Shown here piece by piece: positions 1 through 10,699 of a stretch of 38,854 bases of DNA. The DNA is from Albugo candida (Eukaryota). A program made the position numbers and the translations under genes. The number at the start of each line of letters is the position of its first letter. The first letter of the stretch is position 1. The stretch is from contig JBDOQK010000094.1 of the NCBI GenBank assembly GCA_040437565.1, positions 1 through 38,854 of the forward strand, given 5' to 3'. Below the pieces are notes generated by a model that saw only the letters and a program-made list of their open reading frames with translations, did not search any database and had not been told where the DNA came from.

Positions 1-97
1 CACGAAACGTTTTTTATATGTATATATGTTATTTAAGATAGCCTAGGCAACTAGAGAAGTCAGTTTGTCTAATTCTAGTAATATAGACACCTTCAAC
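1..97 (+). mobile_element. 3' part of a short interspersed element (same family as 13202-13409), truncating the Copia RNase H
   Basis: 1-97 (cacgaaacg...gatagcctaggcaactagagaagtcagtttgtctaattctagtaatatagacaccttcaac) is a near-identical reverse complement of 13202-13298. The Copia RNase H frame (...QKRIALSS) is lost at about 98. Confidence 0.8.
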
Positions 98-347
98 TGA
101 GCTAAGCGCAATGCGTTTTTGCAGTCGGTATTTGTATACAACTGAGTTCCATTTATCATGACCATAATGCCTGTTGTTGAACGTCGATCATCGCGACTGC
201 CTCCCCAATCTGAATCAATGTAGGCTTTGACCATCAATTCTTCATTTTCACCGGTAAATATCAAACCAAGTTTCGGAGTTGCCTTCAAATATCTGAGGAC
301 TCGAATCCCTACATTCCAGCGGGCCATACACGGCTTCTCCAAGAATC

Positions 348-1312
348 AATTTTTCTCTTTTAATTTTTTTTATTAAAATTACTTTTAAAAGTACCTCCAT
401 AAAAACTTTTTGATTTGAATAATATATTTAATAATTTATTAAGGGAGCTGCCAACCGGCCCGCAGTTTTCTCTAACCAGCCCTCACCCTTAGATTTAGCA
501 CTCTAAGATATGATTACGAGTTATGATTGACTAAAAATAGTACCCTTATTTGAATATATGCTCTAAGAAGCGGTTTTACAATATTAAGATTGGCTAGGTC
601 TATATCTAAATCTGCTGCTGAATCCACTGAGAGTCGATCACCTGCAATAAATGAATTGTCAGATAAATGTAACTTTTGCCAGCACAATTAGCATACAATA
701 CAAATTACCTGTTGACACAGAGATCCATTTTTTGAGAGCAGCATGGACGCTCTCCACCCAAAATGTTAGTACATGCCCATATGGCGCCTATTGNNNNNNN
801 NNNNNNNNNNNNNNNNNNNNNNNNNNNNNNNNNNNNNNNNNNNNNNNNNNNNNNNNNNNNNNNNNNNNNNNNNNNNNNNNNNNNNNNNNNNNNATACAAA
901 TTACCTGTTGACACAGAGATCCATTTTTTGAGAGCAGCATGGACGCTCTCCACCCAAAATGTTAGTACATGCCCATATGGCGCCTATTGTGTAGGATAGC
1001 AAAAAAACGCTCCTTGTAAACCAGCCTTGTTGTCTCAAGGTAGCTCATCGAAGCAGCGAAGTTGGCATGCATTGCTGATAGTTGGGTCTGATGAGTTGGA
1101 GTGTGATTTTGTTATATTTAATTCCGTTGCATCTATTCAGACCAATCAGAGGCCCCGATTTCCATAAATTTATGAAGGGTGGAGCTAGATAACGATTCTC
1201 CTAATTTTATTTTATTTGCTCTGTTATATTTGTTTAAATCAATCAGAGGCCACCCATCTATTAATTTATGGAGGCTTAGGGCTGGTTAGCGGCTCCCTTT
1301 ATTAAATATATT
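348..1312. mobile_element. ~1 kb non-coding insertion with imperfect inverted repeats, inserted in the Copia RT
   Basis: Removing it restores the RT motif CELSR-FLEKP, with ATC duplicated at 345-347 and 1313-1315. Inverted repeat: 419-483 (ataatatatttaataa..aagggagc..ctaaccagccct) versus 1278-1314 (agggctggttagcggctccctttattaaatatattat). The internal direct motif aatcagaggcc occurs at 1144 and 1241. Confidence 0.7.
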
Positions 1313-1984
1313 ATCGACTTAATTCACATACTGCAAATGCTACGTCTGGTCTGGTGCTCATTGCGATATAAAGTAGGGACAATCAATGAACGATATGGTC
1401 TGTTCTACAGGCGTTCATCTTCACTTTATGTCTTTTTCAGTTTTTGACTTGTGCAAGTTGGATTGTAAACAGAAGCTGACTTTTCTTGGCCGAATTTTCC
1501 AACCATTCGTTTTATACCAGCCTTCTGTGACAAGTGCATCACTTTCATTTTGTTGTCGTACGATAATTCCATAATTAAAATGTACTTTGCCGCACCCAAT
1601 CTCTTCATTGTGAATATTCGGGCAAGTAGTTTGCTGATGCCTTCTATCACATCAATTGATTTTGCTGAAATCAACATGTCATCCACNNNNNNNNNNNNNN
1701 NNNNNNNNNNNNNNNNNNNNNNNNNNNNNNNNNNNNNNNNNNNNNNNNNNNNNNNNNNNNNNNNNNNNNNNNNNNNNNNNNNNNNNGATGAAAAAGCCTT
1801 TAAGTTGTTCTCTCTCCAGACTTCCACCGCTTTATCGTCCTCGCTCTTGACGTTTACAGGTCCGTCGATATGGTCCAGTAGCCCTTTCTTCGCCAGTCTC
1901 ATGCTCGCGTTGAACTCCCAATAAATGTATCTGTCGTCCCTGAGCACGTCATTGTTCGAATCTGCTGTGTTTGGGCTCATGACC

Positions 1985-2128
1985 TGTAGATAATCTGTAA
2001 CTAGCGACACCCAGGGAGCTTAAATCCTGAAGTACTTATATTAGGCCATTAGTTCACCTCACAGTTAATCGAAGCCTTTACAAACTACCGAATCTTATCT
2101 GCACATCCGTTTTGTTGAATATCCAACA
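1985..2128 (-). repeat. 5' LTR of Copia #1 (144 bp), followed by a PBS-like GGTCATGAGCCC
   Basis: On the minus strand it reads TGTTGGATAT...TCTACA (TG..CA), then GGTCATGAGCCC containing the gag ATG. This resembles the GGTTATG(A/G)GCCC Met-tRNA-fragment PBS of Copia elements. Confidence 0.7.
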
Positions 2129-2980
2129 AATTGTTATTGTTTGGTTTCTGTAATCCTAAGATACCTTCTCACTTTTTGGCAACTTCTTTTGCTCGCAACC
2201 ACCTAGCAGTCGAGATTCGAGGTGAATCCAGACAAGACTGATGGTAAGATTCTTTATCTACGTAGTACCGTAGGTTTTTTAGATGTCCGCAAATATTGAT
2301 CGCTCGCTCTAAAACAACATTCTTCATACTGAAAGGAGAAGAAGTACGAATGACAAAACAAAACTCTGAATTCTTTCAGCTTCGGGACGACAAATTGTTT
2401 ATGAGCCTGGTGGTAGATGAATAGTTTGTAACTAAATGTATTTGAGCTTGTGTTCCTGGTTATCTTCTGTGTCCATGAACATCAATCTCTTCTGCGTAAG
2501 TTCCGATAAATCACCTAAATCACCGCCAAAAATTTCTAAAGAATAATGCAAGAAAATAACAAAAAAGAAAAGAAAAAAAGAAAAGTGCCAATGAACGCGG
2601 CTTTCCAGATCAACAGTCGCGCTCGCGCTCTTTCTGCGCAAGTCCAACCTAAATCTCTCATTTACCGTGTATATGGTATCGCTTCTAGGACAGGCAATGA
2701 GGAACTTACTCGGAATCGAGTGGCGTCAAAACAATTGGATTTTCGGCAAAGCTTGAATAGGTCAATATACACATGGTCTTTTGTGAGATATGAATCCTTC
2801 GCAATCAAACTATGGTGAGTAAGTTTTACTAGGTCTATATGAGGTATCAAAGGATACCTATGACTGGTACATTATTGTCGGCGACGGACATCAACAAAGC
2901 GGCAGACGTAGGGTCTATAATACACTCCTGAGAATCCCTCATGCGAGTTTACACTCTAATGATTGTATTTGAAATGCACT

Positions 2981-3258
2981 TGTTACAATAAAGGTAGAAG
3001 TAAAAGTAAAATATTTATATCATTAACCGTGTTTGTCAACAATACAAAATGTATGTGCATCGGGCATTAGCAACTTGACTATGTCACATTTTCACATGAA
3101 GACCGTCTGGTCCCGAGTGATGACCGTCTCTACTCGTCCCTTCTGTCATGTTGTCACCAAAAAGCCGTTCAGGTGAGGCTGGACCTTACATGTGATGGGC
3201 CTCGCAGTTGAAACGCAAGCCATTGACGTCTTTTCAGAAAAGGGTTCCGTCTGAAGCA
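2981..3258 (-). repeat. 3' LTR of Copia #2
   Basis: Begins with TG at 3258 directly after the purine tract gaggagaag (PPT). It is a diverged direct repeat of ~6655-6913 (shared blocks gaccgtctggtccc, tgaccgtctct.ctcgtcccttctgtc). The left boundary is approximate. Confidence 0.7.
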
Positions 3259-6200
3259 CTTCTCCTCGACTTCATCCTGGATGTCCTTCAGCATATACAT
3301 CCGGCGCAGGCCCGACATACTTGGATCTGGTAGTTCCTTCGTCAACAGATCCGTCATCAGATCATCAGATTGACAAATCTTGACTGCACGACCTTAGCTT
3401 CAGCGTAGTGACAGATAAACATGAAACGATTGTCGACATGTTTCGCGCTTGAGGTAATCTTCTCCTTTTTCAACTGCTTGATCACCGCTTGATTTTCTTC
3501 ACATGGACATCGGCTCAACAACTTTCATGTACAGTACAGTTCACCAAAAATTCCCTCGGCTGAGAAGCTCACAGCCAGGATGCGACGCAGCGCTGAACTC
3601 TGATCCCATGGTACTAAGCGAGACAACACTCGACTTCTTGCATGTCCACGATACCACTCTACCATCCATAAGCAGCACGCATCCTGAAAATGACTTTCTA
3701 TCCGACTTGTCCGCAGCAAAGTCCACGTCGCTTCAGATTTCTATCTTCATGGTCCCCCTTTGGTATCTTCTACTACGCGTAACTTCATCGACTTCGTCTA
3801 ATTTCGATATGGCGCAAACGACTTGGCCATTTTCCAGTCCTTCAACGTCGGTTTGTGAGTCTTCCTGGTTGCATATTGCAGTGCAAAATAGATAAATGGG
3901 CGAGTGCATCGTGCAATTCATAGTAGGCTCCCAACGAGGGACTGAAAGGACTTGATGCTTTCTAGTCCGCCTTCGGATAACCACCGGCCTTTCGTTAAGG
4001 GCTTGCCAGGGTTGCCATCAAGCTCCCCCTGACCTTCATTACCATAGCAAATCTTACACCACTTCACTGTTTTGACTATCCGTCAGCGTTTCAACATTCC
4101 GAACGTGCTGGGTTACCACTACTAAACGCTCCTTCGGTATCTAGGCCCGATATCCCTTTATCTCATCGTCCTTTCTCATTTTGATTTTTTCTTTCCCGCG
4201 CACTTCCAAAAGATGTGTTGTTAGTGTTTAGGTGCACCGTTCATGGGGAGCCATAGACCACAATGTAATTCAATCCCGGTCTTTTCTTGGTCAACGTCTC
4301 ATTAGGCGAGATGCCACCTTCATTTGCCTTGTTGGGATTTCGGTTAAGGATATAGGCTGCATATTCAGAAGCGTTGCCCCAAAACGTCAAGGGTAGCCGA
4401 CTTGTAAAAACCATTTCTTGCACCATGTTCATGATGTTGATATGCATCCGCTCAGCTTTTGCCATTACTTCCCTGGTGATTCTTTCAATTTGCTGTAGTA
4501 TAGCACCAGTTTTCTTGCAAAACACGTCAGACGTTTGTATTCGCCTCTACCGTCTGTAAGTAGAACATAGATACAATAATTGAACCGCCTTTCATAAGAC
4601 ACCAAGAAATGCATAAACTTCATCACAGCAAAATACTTGGTCTTCGCGAGGAATACTCGGCAATAGTTTTACCGATGATCGATAAAGTTGATCAAATACA
4701 TACTGCCTAGTCGATCGCTAGGAGTCATAGGGCTTTTTAGGTCGCAACAGATGACGTGACCGAGCACATCAATCGACGAATTTAAGCAGCTGTCCTTGCG
4801 TGACTGTACATTTTTCGTCTCCTTGCCTTGTGGGCATGCCAAGCAGTTGATACGCCTAGTATCAGTAAGTTTGATCCCAGAGGCAGGATCGCGGTCTATC
4901 TTGATGATTGTGTCATAACACAGATCACCCAAACGATGATAAAGCTGTAACAAGCTTCCATGCTGAACATCCTTGTTATGTTCATGTCCATCACCATTCA
5001 CGATTGTCATAACGACCTCTTTAAAATGACCAAATCCACGAGAATCGTCAATCAAAATACCATCGTAAACTTCGACTATTAACACATCGTGGCTACTATC
5101 AACGTTCATGATGATGCACCAGCTGGCATCTTGTCACGGTATTCAGGAACGCATCCCTTCTCTTCCAAATTATCAAGGCAATGATCTTACGCCCCAAATG
5201 CGATGCTTATTGAACATTGTCGAGTCGAATGGTCTTTACAATATCAAATGCCTTGACCTGGACCACCACACTTACTTGTTTCATGTTCCGTGGGGGTCCT
5301 TCATCATACATAGTACGCGGTCATTCGTTCGTTTTGACAGTCGACCGCATCGTCGAGCAGGCTTAAGTCATTGACCAAATGTCATCCTGGGCCGCTTTCC
5401 AAAACCCAAATGCTGGTTAAGATGGACCAACCATCGCTAACGGGTAGAATAGAACCTTTATCTTGTAGTTTCTTGCCTTCATTCGGGCAAACTGCCATGA
5501 GGTGACGAGTATTGCCACATTCATAGCACATTTTTAGAGCTCGATCTTCGGACCATCCTTGACCGTTTTCAAAATTTCCTACTTAATTTGTTGAATCGAC
5601 AACGTTTACTTCTTACTCTATCGAATTGTTTGACTCGAGCAGCGAGCTCCATCGATAGTGCAAACTGGGCGAGCTCTTCAGCCTGTCGTAAGTAGTCAGC
5701 CATATTCACATCCACACATTACAACATCATCGTGCGCATCGTTGGATCAGTGTAAGGGGTAATGTTGCTTCAGACGATGTTGTCTGCGCCTCCGTGTGTG
5801 TCCCTCACAGCTGTCGAATCCTTGAAGTATTCCGTACAGCTAAGCTGGGATGAGTTGGGCACAAGAAATAACCTCATGCTCTGGGCAGGTTCTATCATGA
5901 TAATGGAAGTAGGAAGCAACCTTTTCCTAACATGCTCCGAGTTTTGACTATTAGACCACCAAGTTTCTACCTGCCGACGATAATACTTATTGCAATGCCT
6001 GCAATATGCTGACCGAGAACATCAACCTTGATGTCTTCAGACCACACAAAACTACAGGCACGCTCGTAGAAGCCAACTTGTTGCACAAAATCTTCCTCTA
6101 TTCAATAAAACCTTTCCGTCGAAATGATGCATCGCCAATTTTTGTTGGCTTCCATCCGGTACGTCCTCGGATAACTGCCCAGGCTGGTAATTACCACGAC

Positions 6201-6654
6201 CTGGTATACGCATACCTGGGAATACTCCTGCAGGTGCACCCTGCCAATGGATACCAGACTCAGGTCTCTGACCCATTCCATAGTTGAGATCTTCCTGAGT
6301 CGATGGGTCAATCGTATCCTCAGCATAAACATCGGGCACCAAATCAGGTGGTCGGCGAAACATTTGGAGAACGTTTGGTAGAAGGGGTATGCTTCAAAGT
6401 CTGAAGGTGATACCTTCCCCTGATCACAAAGCTGAACCCAGCGTTCTTGACTCCGTGGAATCCTTGCGATGTCGGTTGACTTTCGAGGATTCCATCCAGC
6501 GCAGATACTCCGATAAGTCACCAAGCATGGCCAGCATCTTTTCCAGTGCCACCGCGGGCACTCTCGACTTTTCTTCCAATTTTTGATCATTGGTTATGTC
6601 CTGAGCATCGACCACCACAGCGGGTTTAGCTTGTTGAGCTTTTTCGTCAACACG

Positions 6655-6913
6655 TGTTTTGGGTAAGATACATTTAGCATTAAACGTGTTTGGCAGCACT
6701 ACAACATGAATGTGTAACGGCATTACAGACTTTGTTATGCCATGTTCCACATGACGACCGTCTGGTCCCACATGGTGACCGTCTCTCCTCGTCCCTTCTG
6801 TCCTGCTGGCACCAGAAAGCTGTTCAGTTAAGGTCGGACTTTACCTGTAATGGGTTTTGCAGTTAAAAATCAGGCCCTTGACGACCTTTCATAAAACGGT
6901 ATCGTCTAATACA
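6655..6913 (-). repeat. 5' LTR-like copy of Copia #2 (diverged; partly repeated again at 7399-7549 by an assembly duplication)
   Basis: Alignable by eye with 3010-3258 and starts with TG at 6913 on the minus strand. Confidence 0.65.
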
Positions 6914-7934
6914 CTCAATCACGGATTATGCTCATGTTATCTAGATCACCATATGGGTAGTCGATAGGCCTTCCTTCGTGATCGGCGTTGGTAAAATATG
7001 TGCTTCAAATCTCGTCTGCATTGTTTACGGGAGTAATAAGCTAAAGTATGTTCAGTGCATTGATGCTACCTTTGCCTCTCAAATTATTTGAAATATGTGT
7101 GCAATTTAGGTTCAGCATGCACTTCGTTATATACTGTACTCATCCAGAATTCTAGTAATCATTTTGCAATTCTCATTAGAAAAGCATCAATTTGTCGGAT
7201 CTATCGCATTTTTCATTGGAAGATGTTTTCAGTTTGTAACATCTTCAAAATCGCTAGCGATGATCAAGATGTCGCTTTGATTCAAAAATTGTAAGCTTNN
7301 NNNNNNNNNNNNNNNNNNNNNNNNNNNNNNNNNNNNNNNNNNNNNNNNNNNNNNNNNNNNNNNNNNNNNNNNNNNNNNNNNNNNNNNNNNNNNNNNNNTG
7401 GTCCCACATGGTGACCGTCTCTCCTCGTCCCTTCTGTCCTGCTGGCACCAGAAAGCTGTTCAGTTAAGGTCGGACTTTACCTGTAATGGGTTTTGCAGTT
7501 AAAAATCAGGCCCTTGACGACCTTTCATAAAACGGTATCGTCTAATACACTCAATCACGGATTATGCTCATGTTATCTAGATCACCATATGGGTAGTCGA
7601 TAGGCCTTCCTTCGTGATCGGCGTTGGTAAAATATGTGCTTCAAATCTCGTCTGCATTGTTTACGGGAGTAATAAGCTAAAGTATGTTCAGTGCATTGAT
7701 GCTACCTTTGCCTCTCAAATTATTTGAAATATGTGTGCAATTTAGGTTCAGCATGCACTTCGTTATATACTGTACTCATCCAGAATTCTAGTAATCATTT
7801 TGCAATTCTCATTAGAAAAGCATCAATTTGTCGGATCTATCGCATTTTTCATTGGAAGATGTTTTCAGTTTGTAACATCTTCAAAATCGCTAGCGATGAT
7901 CAAGATGTCGCTTTGATTCAAAAATTGTAAGCTT
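6763..7934. other. Assembly duplication around an N gap (6763-7298 repeated at 7399-7934)
   Basis: Apparently identical sequence on either side of a 100-N gap. The same pattern occurs at gaps 794-893, 12078-12177, 19312-19411 and 21364-21463. Confidence 0.9.
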
Positions 7935-8547
7935 CCACCCAAAAAAAGCTTATAAAAAATAATAATTCACAAAAAATAAAAAACGAACGTGAAAATAAAA
8001 TGATAATAAAAAAAGGTCTCCAGTCTCCAAACTGAGCAGATAAAAAGAAGTAAATTCAAAATCATCTAGCTTCATGCATCTATTGTTATAGCCATGAAGG
8101 GACTAGATGATTAAATCATACATGAAATCCTGACACGTGGCCTTTTATATCAACCACAGTTGAAAAAACTGCGATAAGGTGCGTTTTATAGAAATTTTGA
8201 TCAAAATTATTCTGTGAATGATATCTATCTGCGATATTAAAATTATATGATGAATCCATCGTGTCGTGACGGTAACGTGCTCGAAGGGATTGAAATGTAA
8301 ATATAGTCGGTTTATCATAATCGAATACACACTCGTCCATGCCGACTCACATGATTTGATTCCTTCGAGAAGCACCTCGTTTATGGTGATGGCGTAGTAA
8401 AGTGCTGCTTTGGTAATTGTGCGTGAACCAGTACACCTTAGACAATCGTATACTGTTGGATGCGCTTGACTGTATTGTAATTCAGGGGAAAAACTAAATT
8501 TTTTCAATCTTGACGACTGTTCCAAACCTTTCTACCCTGTCTGATCT

Positions 8548-10316
8548 GTGGCGTTTCATTTAGAGTACCTTGACCCCTTGAAGCTTTCACTTTTTTCTTC
8601 TCCGCGTCCAAATTTTACCCGAAACAATCTTGATGCTCTTTACATGCATAATACACATTCGAAGAGGCCTTCAGTAGGAGATGTCTATATCACTGAGATG
8701 AGACTAATTGACTGGTCCTTAAATGCCTATTCTATATTTAGTGAATATGATACATGCAGAGAGTGTTTCATGATTAGACCTGTGAGAGTTGATTGTATGG
8801 GGCGATCTTTTATTGCGCTTGCCTCAAGCCACCACAGTACGAGACTGTTTACAGATTGTGCAGTACCCTCCGGAAAGCTTGTCCGCTTTTCTTAGTTTTT
8901 CGACTCATAACCGCAAGCTTGCGCTTGAACTACCGCGCCCCAAATAACTTTACAATATGGCTGAGATTGCACAAAAACATACTTTGACATCCGAGGAACG
9001 TTTGCGCATTGTTGAAATGAGACAGGCTGATATCAAAATTGCAGAAATTGCCTGCAAGTCAGCGACAGATGCGACGCATCATGGAGTGGTGACATAAAGA
9101 AAACACAGTTATGCCAAAGAAAAGCCCTGGAAGGCCGAAAAACCTTTCAGGAAGGGACGTCAGAGCTCTATTCCGGAGCATCAAGGGTGCAAGACGTTCA
9201 ACTCTGGCCGAAATTACCATCAATATGCCAACTAAAGCTGGTCAGACTGCACTCAAAGAGACTTGACATTCTGCTGGTCTATTTGCTCGAGTTGGAATTA
9301 AAAAGCCTTTTTGTACAAGCCACATAGTGTTCTGGAAATCAATACGCTGGACTGATGAGGTCAGCTTTGAAATTAGGAAGAATTTTCGACGACCTCTGGT
9401 CAGAACATCTACCAATGAGAGGTACCAATCAGACTCTCTGGTACCTTCTTACAAGTCAGGTCGCTCTTCAATGATGGTCTGAGGTGCCTTTCAGGATAGC
9501 AAGAAAAGCCAGCTTGTGCGAATGGCACCAAATCGTCAAATAGCAGCTGATTTTGACGCACAAGTGTACGATGGTGAGTTGGATGGCTTCTGGGAAGGCC
9601 TTACCAATCCTGGAAGTGCCATACTCATGGAAGATGGTGCTCCTATCCCTCGCGCAAAAGCGCCCGATTAATGGCGTAACGAGCGCATCGTTGGCAAGCT
9701 AGAATGGCCTGCAAACTCTCCTGATCTCCATCCCATTGAGAATGTAAAGGCAAAGATGAAAGCATCCATTCAAAAGCTCCCCAAATTTTGAAGCAGCGAA
9801 GAACGATGGCTCCAACCTAAAAAGACATGGTCTTCTATTGATCCAGAGTGGCTACAGCATCTTGTTAACTCCATGCCAGAGAGGATCAAAGCAGTAATTG
9901 AAGCAAAAGGGGATTCTACTCGCTGGTAGATTGTATTTTTTCTATGTAGATTATTTTCATCATAAAATCATCATTGAGAAAAACTTTCTGCAGGAATGCA
10001 GCTTTGTATACTGTAAAGCTTTTGTACCAGATTTCATGGGCGTATTACTCATCAGGTGTGTGTACCATGCTTAGGAAGTCAAAGCCTTTGTTTCATTAAG
10101 TGGTAAAAATTGGGGGGCCGACAATCTTTTCCGGAGGGTAGTGTACAGATTCAATGCTGTTCAAGAATGACTACTGGATCCACTACATTACTGGTACGCC
10201 GTTCATTTGAATTCCTGAGCATCATTAAAGATTGCTTCACACAAATCAACTTGCTTTGGATCTTGCGCTTTCCATTAAAAAAAATCTGGCTCAGCGAATG
10301 GTTTGACGCTCAATGA
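8548..10316 (+). pseudogene. Cys-containing ORF remnant split by the Tc1 element (possible secreted-protein pseudogene)
   Basis: Joining 8860 to 10144 gives one frame ...EYDTCRECFMIRP...RLFTDC-VQIQCCSRMTT... of about 161 codons. No ATG start or signal peptide is seen. Confidence 0.3.
8861..10143 (+). mobile_element. Tc1/mariner (DD34E, Tc1-type) DNA transposon, 1283 bp, with inactivated transposase
   Basis: TIRs cagtaccctccggaaagcttgtccgc (8861-8886) and gccgacaatcttttccggagggtagtg (10117-10143), followed by TA on the right. Transposase relics at 8957-9929: MAEIAQKHTLT..., PGRPK, IRWTDE, MEDGAP...WPANSPDLHPIENV (34 codons between D and E, one a stop), SMPERIKAVIEAKG. Confidence 0.93.
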
Positions 10317-10699
10317 GATAGCCCACTACTTGTCTACTTGGAAGTTCTCCAATAACCGACGCTCTACCTTCTTGAAAATGCATCTTTTTTGCAACTGACA
10401 GAGGTGGAGGGGGAACAACGGCTAGTCGCCGGGGCTTCTCGGCTTATTATTAAGAAAGGCTCGTCGGAGAACATATTGTGGAGCAACAAGACCATTCCTT
10501 CCCTTAATACAAACGGAATCAAGAAGAATGGTCACCTTTTTATGACGCACATACTATCGAAGTACGTTATCTGTTGCGTACAAGATTATCATTTCGCGAT
10601 CGTCAACACCTGAAGACGTTTCAACTTCAGTTTCAGTTTCATTCCACATTCAAACATCAACTTTTTTTGTCGGCGATTCGAATAGTCTGAAATCTCATC

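Larger units (their letters stand above)
98..2128 (-). mobile_element. Decayed Ty1/Copia LTR retrotransposon #1 (5' LTR, gag N-terminus, RT C-terminus, RNase H start)
   Basis: gag start MSPNTADS...YIYWEFNASMRLAKKGLLDHIDG at 1980. RT motifs VDDMLI, LGAAKYIL, LLYIAMSTRPDVAFAVCELSR|FLEKP, RVLRYLK. RNase H YIDSDWGGSRDDRRSTTG. Frameshifted, interrupted at 348-1312, and gag abuts RT across the 1687-1786 gap. Confidence 0.9.
2981..6913 (-). mobile_element. Decayed Ty1/Copia LTR retrotransposon #2, apparently lacking RT
   Basis: Zinc knuckle CYECGNTRHLMAVC (~5487-5528). GAG-pre-integrase YHRLGDL...CLAC. Integrase CCDLKSPMTPSDRLGSMYLINFID and KAERMH...FWGNASEYAAYILNR. RNase H DFAADKSDRKSFSG...VSLSTMGSEF and KHVDNRF, MTDLLTKELP. 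Many stops and frameshifts. Confidence 0.9.

Noticed and set aside
697-989. Direct repeat of ~96 bp around gap 794-893
   Set aside because: Identical copies abut a 100-N placeholder, indicating an unmerged contig overlap rather than a biological repeat.
1426-2010. ORF apparently fusing gag directly to RT
   Set aside because: The fusion spans an N gap of arbitrary size; the missing protease and integrase may simply be unassembled.
2432-2850. Short ORFs between the two Copia elements
   Set aside because: Low-complexity A-rich sequence with no recognisable domain or splice-supported model.
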